Shown here: piece by piece, positions 47,852 through 60,616 of the stretch
Position numbering within the stretch: the first letter of the stretch is position 1
Layout of the letters: every line of letters begins with the position of its first letter
DNA from: Heteronotia binoei
Lineage: Eukaryota
Direction of reading: 5' to 3'
Length of the DNA stretch: 64,000 bases
Assembly (NCBI RefSeq): GCF_032191835.1
Contig: NC_083223.1
Span: 56,482,001-56,546,000 of the forward strand
Made by a program: the position numbers and the translations under genes
The notes under the pieces: generated by a model
What the model saw: only the letters and a program-made list of their open reading frames with translations
The model's database searches: none
Told to the model about the DNA's origin: nothing

Positions 47852-49288
47852 TTATTTATTTATTTATTTATTTTGAGATTTATATTCCGCCCTTCCCACG
47901 AATGGCTCAGGGCGGCTTCCAACAATTTAATCAAACATAAAATTTAAACAATATTAAGTATAAAACAATTAAATATTTAAACAGTTAAAACTTTAAAACA
48001 GCATATTTCAATTTCCTGTAAACAGATGGCTGGCCAGTTACATCAGTTGTCATCATAGCTAGGTGTAGGCTAGCCGGAAGAGGGTCGTCTTACAGGCCCT
48101 GCGGAACTGCGCCAAGTCCCGCAGGGCCCTCACCTCTTCCGGCAGCTGATTCCACCATACGGGGGCCATAACGGAGAAAGCCCTTTCTAGTGGCTTTCAG
48201 ACGAGCTTCTTTTGGCCCGGGGATAGTGAGGAGATTTTGTGTTCCTGACCTCAGTGCTCTCTGGGGAACATGTGGGGAGAGACGGTCCTTCAGGTAGGCA
48301 GGTCCCAGGCCATATAGGGCTTTAAAGGTAATAACCAGCACCTTGTACCGGACTCGGTATATCACTGGAAGCCAGTGCAGAGTCCGGAGACCCAGCTGGA
48401 TGTGTCCCCACTTTGGGAGACCCAATAACAGCTGGGCCGCGGCATTCTGCACCAGCTGCAGTTTCCGGGTCCGGGACAAGGGCAGCCCCATGTAGAGGGC
48501 ATTGCAGTAGTCCAACCTTGAGGTGACCGTAGCATGGATCACTGTTGCTAGGTCGTCGCGTTCCAGAAAGGGGGCCAGCTGCCTTGCCCGCCTAAGATGA
48601 AAAAATGCAGACTTGGCAGCGGCTGCTATCTGAGCCTCCATCCTTAAGGAAGGCTCCAACAGCACCCCCAAGCTCTTGACCCTGTCCGCCGCCATCAGCG
48701 GCGCACCATCAAAAGCCGGTAGGGAGATCCCCCTCCCCGGGCCGCGGTGACCCAAGCAAAGGACCTCTGTCTTCGTAGGATTTAGCTTCAGCCCACTCAG
48801 TCTGAGCCACTCAGCCACGGCCCGTAATGCCTGGTCAAGATTTTCCGGGGCACAGACAGGTTGGCCATCCATCAGTAGATAGAGTTGGGTGTCATCAGCA
48901 TACTGGTGACATCCCAGCCCATACCTTCGGGCAATCTGGGCAAGAGGCCGCATGTAGATGTTAAATAACATCGGGGAGAGAACCGCCCCCTGGGGCACAC
49001 CACAATCAAGTGTGCGCCTCCGGGATAGCTCCCCCCCAATTGCGACCCTTTGTCCCCGACCTTCCAGGAAAGAGGAAAGCCACTGTAAGGCCAACCCCTG
49101 AATCCCCGCGTCGGCGAGGCAGCACGTCAGTAGCCGATGGTCGACCGTGTCGAACGCAGCCGACAGGTCCAACAACATCAGCACCGCCGAGCCACCCCGA
49201 TCCAGGTGCCGTTGAAGGTCATCCACCAGGGCAACCAACACTGTCTCCGTCCCGTGTCCCGGGCGAAATCCGGACTGAAATGGGTCAA
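47852..49288 (-). mobile_element. Young 5'-truncated L2 LINE inserted in Gypsy gag
   Basis: Minus ORF 48090-49388 with DPFQSGFRPGHGTET, LLDLSAAFDTVDH, YADD. (TAAA)n tail. AGGAAT direct repeat at 47846 and 49302. Confidence 0.95.
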
Positions 49289-50088
49289 GAGTGCCCACCC
49301 AAGGAATGGGGCCGAGAGTGCCCACCTGGCCACGAGCGACAGAGAAACCAGCCAACACCAAGTGTGCCAGCTGTGGGGATCCACACAAGTGCCGGGACTG
49401 CTCCTATCGCAACGTGGACTGCAGGAACTGTGGAAGAGTGGGCCACATAGCGTGGGCTTGCCGGGCCAAGGCCACCAACCACGGCTCGACCGATGCCTAT
49501 TCGACCGCATCGACTAGCCTGCAGGTAATGAACTTGCCCCTCACCACCCCAGATAAGGTCAGGGTGTCGGTCCTAATTAAGGGCACTCCATGCCTAATGG
49601 AGCTGGACTCGTGCTTCTTCATCTCCATAATTTCGGAGGAGTCTCTAAGAAAACTTTGTCCTCGACTGCGACCGGCGGACCTCATACTGCGGGACTTCCA
49701 AAAAAACCCTGTACAGATTTTGGGTTGGGTCACTCTGAAACAATGAGTCCCCCACCTCCATGAGCAGGTGCTTTAAAACAGCCCAGGAAGTGTCTCGTCT
49801 GTGCCAGCAAGTAGCACTCATTCAGAGCACCCCGACTGGCCAGTGTAAACAACAGAAAAAATGTGTGTGGGGGGGGGGGGGGGATGAGCAATCAAAATGA
49901 ATAATCAGAATCAGTTCCAATGTATGTAGCAAGAACACTGCAAGGCTTTATCCATTAAATGTAGGCGAGACACTGGGAATAAGCCCCATCGAATATATTG
50001 ATGCATACCAATGTAAAGATGTTTAAGAGGGGAAGGAAAGCAGGGAATATGTAGAAAGCCCATCTAAGCTAAACTGTACTGTGCTGGC

Positions 50089-50972
50089 TAGGCTTCCCAA
50101 AGCCTAGGCGGGGGACCCCCGATTTGGAGCCTCCTCCCCCCGCTCGCCAAAAATCTGGAAAGCGGGGGGGAGGGGGAATGGCGTCCCTTCCCACCCAGCC
50201 CTGATCCCAGCAGCTTCTCCTCACTCCTTCCCTTCCCACCGATCCCCGATGCTTCTCCTCGTCCCTTCCCTTCCCACCCCGGATCGCAGCAGCTACTCCT
50301 TGCCCTTCCCTTCCCACCCAGCCCCGATCGCAGCAGCCATTCTTCCGTTTTCCCAGGCTGCTTCCCACCCCCAGTCAGCTGGCTGGCGGGGGGGGGGGGA
50401 AGGCTCGCACTGCCTGCAAAGGACCATGTGCCTTTGCACCTCCGGAGGCTTGATTGAAAGGCTTCAATTTGGGATGGTGAGTCTGTGTTGCTGTGAAGAA
50501 GCTGGCAGCAACTCGTGAGTAGAGAGGCCAATCCCCTGCATCAGATTTGCCAGAAACGGGGGGGAGGGAGGAGGAGAGGGAAACGTCTTCATTATTCCCT
50601 ATGTGGAAATCGATTCTCCTAGGGTATAATGGGGAATTGATCTGGAGGTTTCGGGGGCTCTGGGGGAGCTGTTTTTTGAGGTAGAGACACCAAATTTTCA
50701 ATATAGTATCTAGTGCCTCTCCCCAAAGTACCCCCCAAGTTTCAAAACGATTGGACCAGGGGGTCCAATTCTATGAGAGGGTGCTCCTATCCATTATTTC
50801 CTATGGAAGGAAGACATTTAAAAAGGTGTGCTGTCCCTTTAAATGTGATGGCCGGCACTCTCTTGGAGTTCAATTATGCTTGTCACACCTTTGTTCCTGG
50901 CTCCGCCCAAATGTCTCCTGGCTCCACCCCCAAAGTCCCCAGATATTTCTTGAATTGGACTTGGCAACCCTA
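50089..50972 (-). mobile_element. 884-bp non-autonomous hAT, TAGGG family, with an internal ~38-bp minisatellite
   Basis: Perfect TSD GTGCTGGC. TIRs TAGGCTTCCCA / TGGCAACCCTA. Four CCTTCCCTTCCCACC units at about 50180-50340. Confidence 0.9.
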
Positions 50973-51293
50973 GTGCTGGCTGACAGAGAGCCCCAGTTTA
51001 GGGCCTTCAAGCTGACTTTGGCCCCTGGGAATTTTGCCCCTCCTCCCGCCTCCCTTTCTCAGTGGCCCTGTGCAGGAGCAACAGAGGAGCAGACAGAAGG
51101 GGCAACCAGTACTAACTCCCTATAAGATAAAGGAGTTCTTTAAAAGGATACATTGGGAGAAAAGGCCTATTCTGGGGTAGGAACTGGAAGTGGTTGAGAC
51201 TGGGAGATAATAGGCCTCTGCTAAAGTAGGTGAGAGAGAAAGCAGCTAGTTGGTACCCACAGAAAGCTAGGAAGAAGAATAATGGCTTTCCCA

Positions 51294-52020
51294 TAGGGTT
51301 GCCAACCTCCCCAGTCCAGGTAGGGTTCTCCCACTTTTGTAGACTCCTTCACACTGCTGGCCAACAGGAGAAGCCCCACCCCCAAACTTTGTCCCAACAG
51401 TAAACACTTGCAGCTGCCCCTCTCCCTCCCCTCCTACGAGATTTAAAGGGCTCTCCAGCTGATCAATGTAGAATGTGGCCCACCAATCTGCTAGATGACC
51501 CTTTAAATCATGCAGGAGGGGACGGAGAGGCCTGTAGGCCTGAACTCCAAATGGTGATTCACTACCTGAAATTCAGGCACACAAACCCCCTGTTCACCAA
51601 AAGCATTTAAAGGGTCCCTTTGAATGATTTTGGCAAGCTGGGCAAGGCCTTGTGCACCTGAATGCAGGCACACAAAACCCCTGCTCACCAAAAGCATTTA
51701 AAGGGTCCCTTTAAATGCTTTTGATGATAGGGGCAATTGGACCTCACACACCTGCATTCCAAGCAGCATTGCCACTTGGAGTTCAGGTGTGTGGCTGGTG
51801 ACTGCCTCCCTCCCCTCCCCTCCTGCAGGATTTAAAGGGCCCTCCAGCTGATTGGTGGGCCATGTGTTCCCTGGATCAGCAGGAGGGTGTTTTACATCTT
51901 GCAGGAGAGGACGGAGTGGCCGCAGGTGGTCCTTGATGAGGCAGGGCTTAGGGTCAGGGACATCCACAACATGATGCCATCATGTTGGGGACATCCCCTC
52001 CCCCTCCATGAATGCCCCCC
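51294..52020. mobile_element. TAGGG-family element with internal palindromes; right end not defined
   Basis: Left TIR TAGGGTTGCCAAC and the repeated hairpin caaaagcatttaaagggtccctttaaatgcttttg. Confidence 0.55.
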
Positions 52021-52139
52021 CCAAAAAAAATTTCCCACCAGGGATGAGCTCTACTTCCCCAAAGTCACTGTGTGAGTGGAGTAGAGATTTGAACCTGGGT
52101 TTCCCAGGTTTTAGCTACACTTGGCTATATGATCTAGGG

Positions 52140-52623
52140 CAGGGGTGTCAAACTCATTTTTTATGAGGACTGGATATGACATAAATGAGACCTTGTTGGA
52201 CCGGGCCATGTCAGGCTGGGCCATATATGTACCTATTTAAGATTAGGTAGCAGAGATATAAACTTTATAAAGGACACACACACAATTAAAGATTTTAAAA
52301 AAATGCTTAAAATAGCACTTGGTCTTAAAGGTGCTTTCTTTATATTTCTCCCATGAGATCCAGGGAACTGGGCAAAAGAAGCTCTGGCTCTTTCCTTCCT
52401 TCCCCAGGGGACCAGGAGGGGGAGGAGCCTCAGCCAATGGAGAAAATAGAGGTTTTGCTCTGTAGCTCCTGTGCAATTGAGTGAGTCTGGCAAAGCAAGC
52501 TGTGATGCAGAAGGAAGCAAGAGAGAGGGAGAAGGAAGCAGACGACAGCCAGTTGCTCAGGGGGCTGATAGGATCCCTTTGGGAGCCTGATTTGGCCCCC
52601 AGGCGGCATGTTTGACACTCCTG
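52140..52623. mobile_element. 484-bp hAT MITE (Charlie-like)
   Basis: TIRs CAGGGGTGTCAAAC / GTTTGACACTCCTG. Left flank ATCTAGGG fits the nTCTAGAn target preference; the right copy is not conserved. Confidence 0.85.
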
Positions 52624-53518
52624 GGGATTTAACCATGTGAAATAGTCATTAGGATTTCTTTCCTCTTTTTGCAGGCACATGATGTTATGGGGTACCCTTT
52701 ACCCACTTGGAAATCAAAAACTCTTATCGCCTTTTGCTATACTTTGGAGACTTGTTTTCCCTCTTCACTTTCCAGTTTTATTTTTGTGCACTTGGCACTA
52801 AAATATTTACTTTGCCAAATTGCATAGAAAATCCTCATTTGGCACTGGTTTCTGCTTCTAGGCATGGCAAGCGAATGAAAGGTATTAAAATGTGAAAGTA
52901 ATCATTGGGGTATTTAGTCAGTGTCAGCATTGGCAAGCTGCACAGAATGATAAGTTGGAACAGTAGAAGTCCTTGTGTCGGTTTTCTGGCACCAAGAATG
53001 CAGTGATATTTAGAACTATTAAAATATAAATTAAAAGTTCAATTTTGATCATCTTCTTAAAGACCAGAAACACCTATGGTAATGATGTCTCAAGCAAACC
53101 ACAATCTGGAACTTACTTGTTTTTCATTTGGTCAAAAGCCAGTGGAGATTTTTCTGTGTTCTCACTTGCCAACTACATCAGTCTTCATCAGTATACACAA
53201 TTAGTAAAGTTTTTAAGTATTGACATGCTGTTTTTCCATTTCAAAATCTCCAAAGTGGCTGAATAAAATGATAAAATTATGATGTTTGGGGAAAATATAC
53301 AGTAACATTGTGTACTTTCCAACTTTAAGCAACTTGAAGCTCTTTCAGTTAGTATGCATCTTGGTTTCAATCTGCTTATTCCTCTCTCAAATCTAGCAAG
53401 CAGTCCTCCACATCACTGTAGGTGAAAAGCCAATTATAGAGCTGGCCGCACCATTATAGAACATTGTTAGATCAAAGACTCTGACCCCTATCAGGCCTCA
53501 CTTCAGGCAAACCAAGAG

Positions 53519-53800
53519 CAGAGAGCCAGTTTGGTGTAGTGGTTAAGTGCACAGACTCTAATCTAGGAGAACTGGGTTTGATTCTCCCCTTCTCCACATG
53601 CAGCTGCTAGTATGACCTTGGTCAGCCACAAGTCCTCAGCAGAGCTGTTCCTCTCAAGAGCAGTTCTGGGAGAGCTCTCTCAGCCCCACCTACCTAACAG
53701 GGTGCCTATTGTGAGGGGAGGAAGGGAAAGGAGATCGTAAGCACTCTGAGTGAAGGGTAAGGTATAAATCTAATCTTCTCCTTCTCCTCCTCCTTCTTCT
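53519..53800 (+). mobile_element. tRNA-derived SINE
   Basis: A box TGGTGTAGTGG, B-box-like GGTTTGATTC, cctacctaacagggtg core, simple-repeat tail. Confidence 0.85.
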
Positions 53801-56395
53801 AGATCCATTCACAGTCATGGGAAAGCAGTCTTAATAGGCACAGGCTTTTTTTTAATTCTTGCTAAGTTTTGCTTGTTCACTTATAATAATATTATATTTA
53901 AAAGAAGAATATTTTGAAACTTTCTTAGCATTAAAGCTTATCTTTTTAAAATATAATTTAAACTGTTGAAGTAACTTCTATCTATGACCAAAGATTAGAA
54001 TTTGAGAGGATTTCAAAAAAGTAGTACAAAAACTGCCCTTTGTTGATCTGTTGGTTGTATCTGTTACATGTACCTTTTCATTTTGATGCTGTTTTAAATT
54101 TCACTCCGTTTCCATTAAAAATACTTATGCAGTCCAGTGAGTTATTTTGGGGGAGCTGAAATACAATTTCAAGAACAAAAGGATTAAAATTGAATTTCTT
54201 CAGGATTTTACTATGTACTCTGTTTGCTGAACTGATACAAATTTGGAGTGAAACTATATCATAGAAAGAAAGGATCAAGTCAGGCTTCCTTGGAAGAAAA
54301 GCAAAGCTCAGACACAAACACAAGACCAGCTGTAGGAATCCAGCGCAACAGATATCTGCTAAGATGCCAGGACCACAAAGAGCTCATTTCCTCAGCAGTG
54401 CCAAATTGCACAGAACCCCAAAAGGTTAAAGAGACACTGTGAAAGAGGTTTCAGATTCTCATCTCTTCCAGTTTAAGCAAGTCCACTTAAAGTGCCTTGC
54501 CATTGGCTACTGAAATCCTGAAACCAGCACTACATACATAGGACCCCCCAGACACATTAATTCCCCATGAATAAATAAAATACATGCTACTCCCAAAGCT
54601 TTCTGAACCAGGCTTTTAAACAAGCAAAAGATGAAAGGAAGGCCATGGAAACAGGTGAGATGGAGGAACAAAGAAAGGCAGCTTGACTACTGCACTGACA
54701 ACTGGACAGAAGAAGGGCTAAAAGAGCAATCCTAAGCAGGTCTACTCTGGATTCTACTATGGTCTATTCAATAGGCCTTACTCCCAGGAAAGTGTCCTTA
54801 GGATTGCACTGTACAATGGACTGCATTGTAAATCAAGGAAGCTGCTACCTAGCATGACTAGGTGTTTGTGGCCTCTAGTTCCAGCTTGTACCAAAACCAG
54901 ACTAGACATACAAAACAAATCCAGGGATGCTGAGTTGACTGTGCTCAGAAGTCTTTAGATTCTGGCATGTATCACCCAGCCTGTTTCATGATCCAGGATG
55001 CTTTGGCAGCACAGATCCCCTTGCCCTGGAGTTATTCTCTGTCATGATCCAAAAAGAGAAATAATAACGCAGTCACACCATTATATAAATATGTTCATGT
55101 CTTAAATTATCCATGGAATTTTACTGTAATATTTAATTATATTATTAGCATTTTATTTTACTGAAGCGAGTTATATTATTCTGCCTAAATGGTTTGTCAA
55201 GTTATATAATAAAACAAAGATGCCAAGCTTGACTAAAATTAGGGTGATTTTTTTTGTGTGCTGAACTGATCATTATAAATGATAACAAAAGGGTTTATTT
55301 TCTGTTTTGTAAAATGGATTACCTTACTACTTTCATCAGACATTGAATGATTTGAATTGTTTTATTTCACAAGATGTGTCTTAGGCTGTGATTCCATCTC
55401 TTTGGAAGTTATGTGCACTGAAAAGCAGCAGAACTGATTAATATGTTTTTAGACTCAAGTTTTTAGGAATATTAACAGGTGGGAGACCTACAAGGACTTG
55501 CTGGGGGCATTTCATTTCCTCTCCCCCACTCTTGCCTCTTTCCCTTTCCTGAAAGCCCCTATAACTTTCCTTTTCCTGCTGCTTTCTCTCCTTCCCACCC
55601 AACACCCAACTACCTTTATCTACCTTCTGCTTTCAACCTTCCTCCCACTGGCAGCCCCTCCCCAGAAAATTATGGCCCAATTGTGTGTTACTGGCTGCTG
55701 GTCCAGGCCATTGTACAGGTGGGAATCTGCAAGGACTTGCATGAGGCACCCACTTTCCTCTTTTATCTCCCTCCCCATACACTATTTCCTTTTCCCCTTC
55801 TCACTGAGAGAGCTTCCATGGCAGAGTGGTGATTTGAACCTGGGTTTCCTAGATCCTAGCCTGAACCTTTAGCCACTACACTGCACTGGCTTTAATAGGA
55901 GTGGCTGCTGTTGAACTAAAACAAGCAGCCAGTCCTATGTGAGTCATGCTCGCTGCATGGTGTCAGGTAACTCACTGGTTGCTGCCAGGCCTAGCCCAAA
56001 GGAGTCCTTACATAAACATCAAAACTGCTCCGGAAAAGGCCCTGCCTTTTCCTGACAGAGACCAAGGCTTGATGGCTGACAATACTGTTGTTGTTAACTT
56101 TCAACCCTGACAATGCCCACTGTAGAAAGTGTTCCATTTCTTAAAGCTACAGACACTTCTTATATTACTGGGGGGTTAACCCCCCCATCCCCCCCCTTTT
56201 TTTAGATTTTAGATTTTTATGAAAGCCTGCAGCTTTTTCAGGTCTTGTCTGTCCATGTCACCTGTCTCTGGATTTAAGTATCCAGATTTAGCCACATCAA
56301 GAATCAGTTATATTGTTTTTAGTAGTCACTGAGATAGTAATAATCTTAGATTTTCAATGTTCACTTCTGTAGATTTATCTTTTGTGTTGAACTAG

Positions 56396-56481
56396 GTGGA
56401 AGCAGCAACTGATTCAGATACTGAGAGCAGAGGTCTACGCGAATATCATTCTGTTGGGGTGCAAGTTGAAGATGAAAAACG
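56396..56481 (+). CDS. DLGAP2: DLGAP2 coding exon (VEAATDSDTESRGLREYHSVGVQVEDEKR)
   Basis: Acceptor actag|GTG, phase 0. Donor CG|gtatgt, phase 2. Peptide matches recalled DLGAP2. Confidence 0.95.
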
Positions 56482-56505
56482 GTATGTCCAACAGAGACAC
56501 AAATT

Positions 56506-56621
56506 CAGAGGAGCTAGCCGTGTTAGTCTGTTGCAGCAAAATAGTAAAGTGTCCAGTAGAACCTTTAAGACTAACACATTTTATTGTAGCATAAGCTTTT
56601 AAGAAACATTGCTTTCTTCAT
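56506..56621 (-). mobile_element. Penelope-derived short insertion with a degenerate hammerhead-like motif
   Basis: 14-bp direct repeat CAGAGACACAAATT (56492-56505, 56622-56635). Minus strand reads CTGATGA-stem-AAAAGCTTATGCTA. Confidence 0.75.
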
Positions 56622-57105
56622 CAGAGACACAAATTGTGTGTGTTTCTGTATGCAAGAGAGATTAAAAATACATATAAATAATGAGAAATGTATTTGAATG
56701 TCTTACCATGTGTTTTATGCATACTAGTACTTTAATCTTACAACAAAACTTTGGATAACTGTGAATCCCCCCCCCCCTTTAGACATTTGTATTTACAATT
56801 CATTTATTTGCCTTTATTTGGGCTAATGATAACATGAGCTTCAACAGGGTTTGAAATTATTTCCAGGGAACTCGCACGTTTTGTTTTCTAAAGTGGGAAC
56901 AAATCAATATTTGCTTCCAAATGTGTTTTATATTATTTTCATTCATATTTTTATTGAGAATGGTAGTAACAATGTATTCTTTATTCAAATAAACATAATC
57001 ATTCTGGATCAATATTGCTGAAAAATAAATGGTGGGGGGAATCCTGATTGGTACCACGCTTACTGTATTTTGATAATGTGTGAGTTTGTTTTCATTCTAT
57101 TCCAG

Positions 57106-57521
57106 ACATGGACGGTTTAAGCGCTCAAATAGCGTAACAGCAGCTGTTCAGGCTGACCTAGAACTTGAAGGCTTCCCAGGACATATAACAATGGAGGATA
57201 AGGGACTTCAGTTTGGTGGCTCATTCCAGCGGCATTCAGAACCTAGTACCCCTACTCAATATGGTGCAGTAAGAACTGTACGGACACAGGGGTTGTTTAG
57301 TTACAGAGAAGATTATAGGACCCAAGTAGACACTTCCAATCTTCCACCACCTGAACCCTGGTTAGAACCAGCCATTGAAACAGTTGAAGCAGGACGGATG
57401 TCTCCTTGTCGAAGGGATGGGTCTTGGTTTATGAAGTTACTACATACTGAGACAAAGAGAATGGAAGGATGGTGTAAGGAGATGGAGAGAGAAGCGGAAG
57501 AAAATGATCTTTCTGAAGAAA
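57106..57521 (+). CDS. DLGAP2: DLGAP2 coding exon, start of the GKAP/GH1 domain (HGRFKRSNSVTAAVQADLELEG...CRRDGSWFMKLLHTETKRMEGWCKEMEREAEENDLSEE)
   Basis: Acceptor ttctattccag|A completes CG+A (Arg). Donor GAAA|gtaaga, phase 1. The next exon (ILGKIRSAVG...) was not seen before 64000. Confidence 0.96.
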
Positions 57522-60500
57522 GTAAGAGCCCATCTTTGTATCTCATACTTACCATTTTTAATTTTATTTTAAGATATTTATGTGATTCATGATAATGTTT
57601 CACTGGTATTTACATGAAATGATTAATGAAATTACTAGGATAGACTGGTAAAATATCCATTGAGACTTGGTTCTGAGAACTAATAGTACAATCCTAAACA
57701 GTTCTTCCCTTCTAATTCCATTGACTTGAATGGCTTTCCATTCCAATTTCATACTAAGAGTGGCATCCAGGAATACTTTCCTAGGAGCAAGTCCCCTTGA
57801 AAAAATTTGAGTAGGATCCTGAGTAGACCTGTGTAGGATTGTTCTCTAAATTACAAGTTATCTAAGTAGGGAGATTGTTGTTTGATGATATACTTACATC
57901 TTGATAATTCCTGTTTGGTGCACCCTAATCAGTACTGCTTTTATCTGCTCTTAGGTGATCAGACTTTTGAAGATGTAACATTGACTTTTTATAATGGCAA
58001 AAAAAAATCACAGGTGCATATTATACCTTGTTATCAGGAGCTCTATTATGAGAAAAATTCACAAATGTTTACTATTTGGGTGAAAGTGATCCCTCAGAAT
58101 GGGATACGTCTCTAATCACAGGGTTACAACAATGAGAGAGGTTTTTTCTCTACTGAAATTCACCTTTTTTAATATAGTCCCATAGGGACTGACTTTCAGA
58201 TATAAACAGTACTGTGAATGTGATACCAAACATCCCTGCCCCAACTCAAATACTGCCACTACTAGGTCTCTTAAAAAGAAGAAACTTGGAAGATCTCCCT
58301 CCCTTTTTTAAAAAAAGTAATATTTCCTTCAATATAGCAGGAAATTAATTTTAAGAAATCAATAGTTAGTACTACTATAATATAAAAAAACAGAGAGAAG
58401 GGGGACATTAATCCCAAATTCATTATATCTTTCTATGATTTTAAAGTCAGAATTTCATTCTAGAGAGTAACCATTTCTGAATTAAAATATGATTTAGTTT
58501 GGAACCCATTATGTTTGGGAAAACATGAAACCATTTACATTAAAAAAAACCCAACAACATACAGCTTCTATACATGAAAATAGGATGCAGTGCTTTGACT
58601 GACACTCTCCACCCTGCCTTAGCAGAAAAAGGGCATGTTGCTAGTGATTCTCCCCACATATTACTGAGGGCAGCAGCACTCTATTTTATTTTGTTTTTAT
58701 TCTGTCTTGTTTTATTTACTATTTTCATCATGTTTGGCTATCTTTAAAATGGGAGGGGAGAAAAATTTCAACCTAGAACAGACCAAAAAGATTGGGGAGA
58801 AAGGGGGGGGGGGGGCTTATATATATTTATCACTGTCAATTAAGAAAAAGCTAAAATTATATTCCAAAATTTTAATTGAACTATATATATTAAAAACTGT
58901 GCATCAGAAACATCAACATTTGGTTACAATTCTCTAGTGTAAAAATATTTTTTTAAATAAAATTGCATTTGTACCCAGCATCATGGATTGGAAAGAATGT
59001 GCTACTTCTTTCCTTTAAAATCTTAACAGGCAGCAGGTCCTAAAGTGAGTCACATACTTTTCTTGTGTAGAGCAGGAAGCAAGAAAGTAAAATCTCACCA
59101 GTTAATGCAAGCAGTGGTTGGCTATGAAACTGAGCCTCTGGGTGGACCATTCATGAAGCAATTTTCTGGCCAATAAAGTTTAATTTAATTCTTGTTTAAA
59201 ACAGTGGAGCAGCTTGTTTTGAACGTTGATCTTCTGCGCATTTGGTAACTCTTGACTCTTTGCCCTCACTTCATTTTTTTCAGGTGTATTTATCTGCCTA
59301 TGTTGACTGAATGTGTCTACCAAGCCTACATAGTACAAGCAACTAGTATAAAAATAATAGTCAATAGGAACATAATAACATGAGTCTCATTTCTCTTTGA
59401 ATATAGGAAATTATTTACCTCAAATGTAAATCTGTGTGGAAATGAGAGTGACATAATGTATGGCTCTTTTTAAGTCTGTTAAATCTTCCAGATGAAATTC
59501 CCTGGCCTAGCACATATAGTCTGTGGATTTTTGTGCACCTACAGGTTGATATGCATGTATTCAGGGTGGCATAGAAATACCATAGCCTGAAATAATATAG
59601 ATTCTTGTGGTAGCATAAGACTAACAAATTTATTGCACCTTGAGCCATAATAAATCTGTTGATGTTTAAGATGCACAAGAGTCTATTGTTTACACTGAAA
59701 CAAACAAACATCACTTACTCCTCTGGAATTTGGCTCAGCCTGAAATATATCTTGATCTACTGACATAATATTTATTGAGACATTTATGTTGTGCCTTCAT
59801 CATTGAAAACTGCAAGATGCCTCATATGTATATAGAAATCCCTTGAAAAGAACAAGTTATCTTGGCCAAGGTAACTATTCATGCACCACTACTTCCAGCA
59901 ATGAAATATTGTTTGGGGTAATTTTTATGGAAATGGCCGTATATGCTTGCTTTTCTTTGTATATTGATTTCAGCTGGGTATATTATTCTCTAAGAAAAAA
60001 CAATGCATCTGCAGTGTCTCATTATACTTTATTGTGCAATGTTTATGCTAGCAAAGTGTGAGATGAATTCTATGAAACAATTGTCATCCATGTAAAGCCT
60101 CAGTTTCTGGAACAGTCAAGGAATAACTCAAATGAAAATTTAAACAGACTTTTGTGAATACTGTACAAGAATTAAAAATATGCCTTAATTCTTTCTCCTC
60201 TCACTTGTGCCTGAAATTTAAAGCAAATCAATACATCATTGTACTATTTAAATAATTTTAAATCAGGTATTCCTTATATGGCTTATTGCTGTTTCCTTAT
60301 AGCACATGTTCTTGCTGTTTTCCAGAATCACAATCTGTTTACTCTCTTAGACAAAAATGAAGGCAAACCAACAAATCTAACGCATTTAGAATTTGTAGTG
60401 GCCCAGTTGAGACTCAATAAATCTTTGCTGTTGTTGCTGCTTGCCTGAAATTACCAAAATGAAAGGCTTGCTGATCTCCTTGAAGATCACAATGAATGGA

Positions 60501-60616
60501 TGGTGGGCTGCATTGGGTTTGTTTGTCCTAAATTGTGCAAGGTACATAACTGTTGTCAACAGTACATCAATTCCAATAACTAAAATTCTGTTCACTATAA
60601 ATTTAGTGTGTTTGTG

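Larger units (their letters stand above)
47151..49745 (+). mobile_element. Gypsy internal remnant (gag, CCHC knuckle, protease), split by an L2; RT, integrase and 3' LTR absent
   Basis: Gag motifs RFLFHKRDQ and LRDRFVWGLRD, knuckle CRNCGRVGHIAWAC, protease MELDSC (active-site G mutated). Confidence 0.88.

Noticed and set aside
52655-52700. Strong-looking acceptor tttctttcctctttttgcag as a DLGAP2 exon start
   Set aside because: No frame-preserving donor nearby, and the peptide is not DLGAP-like.
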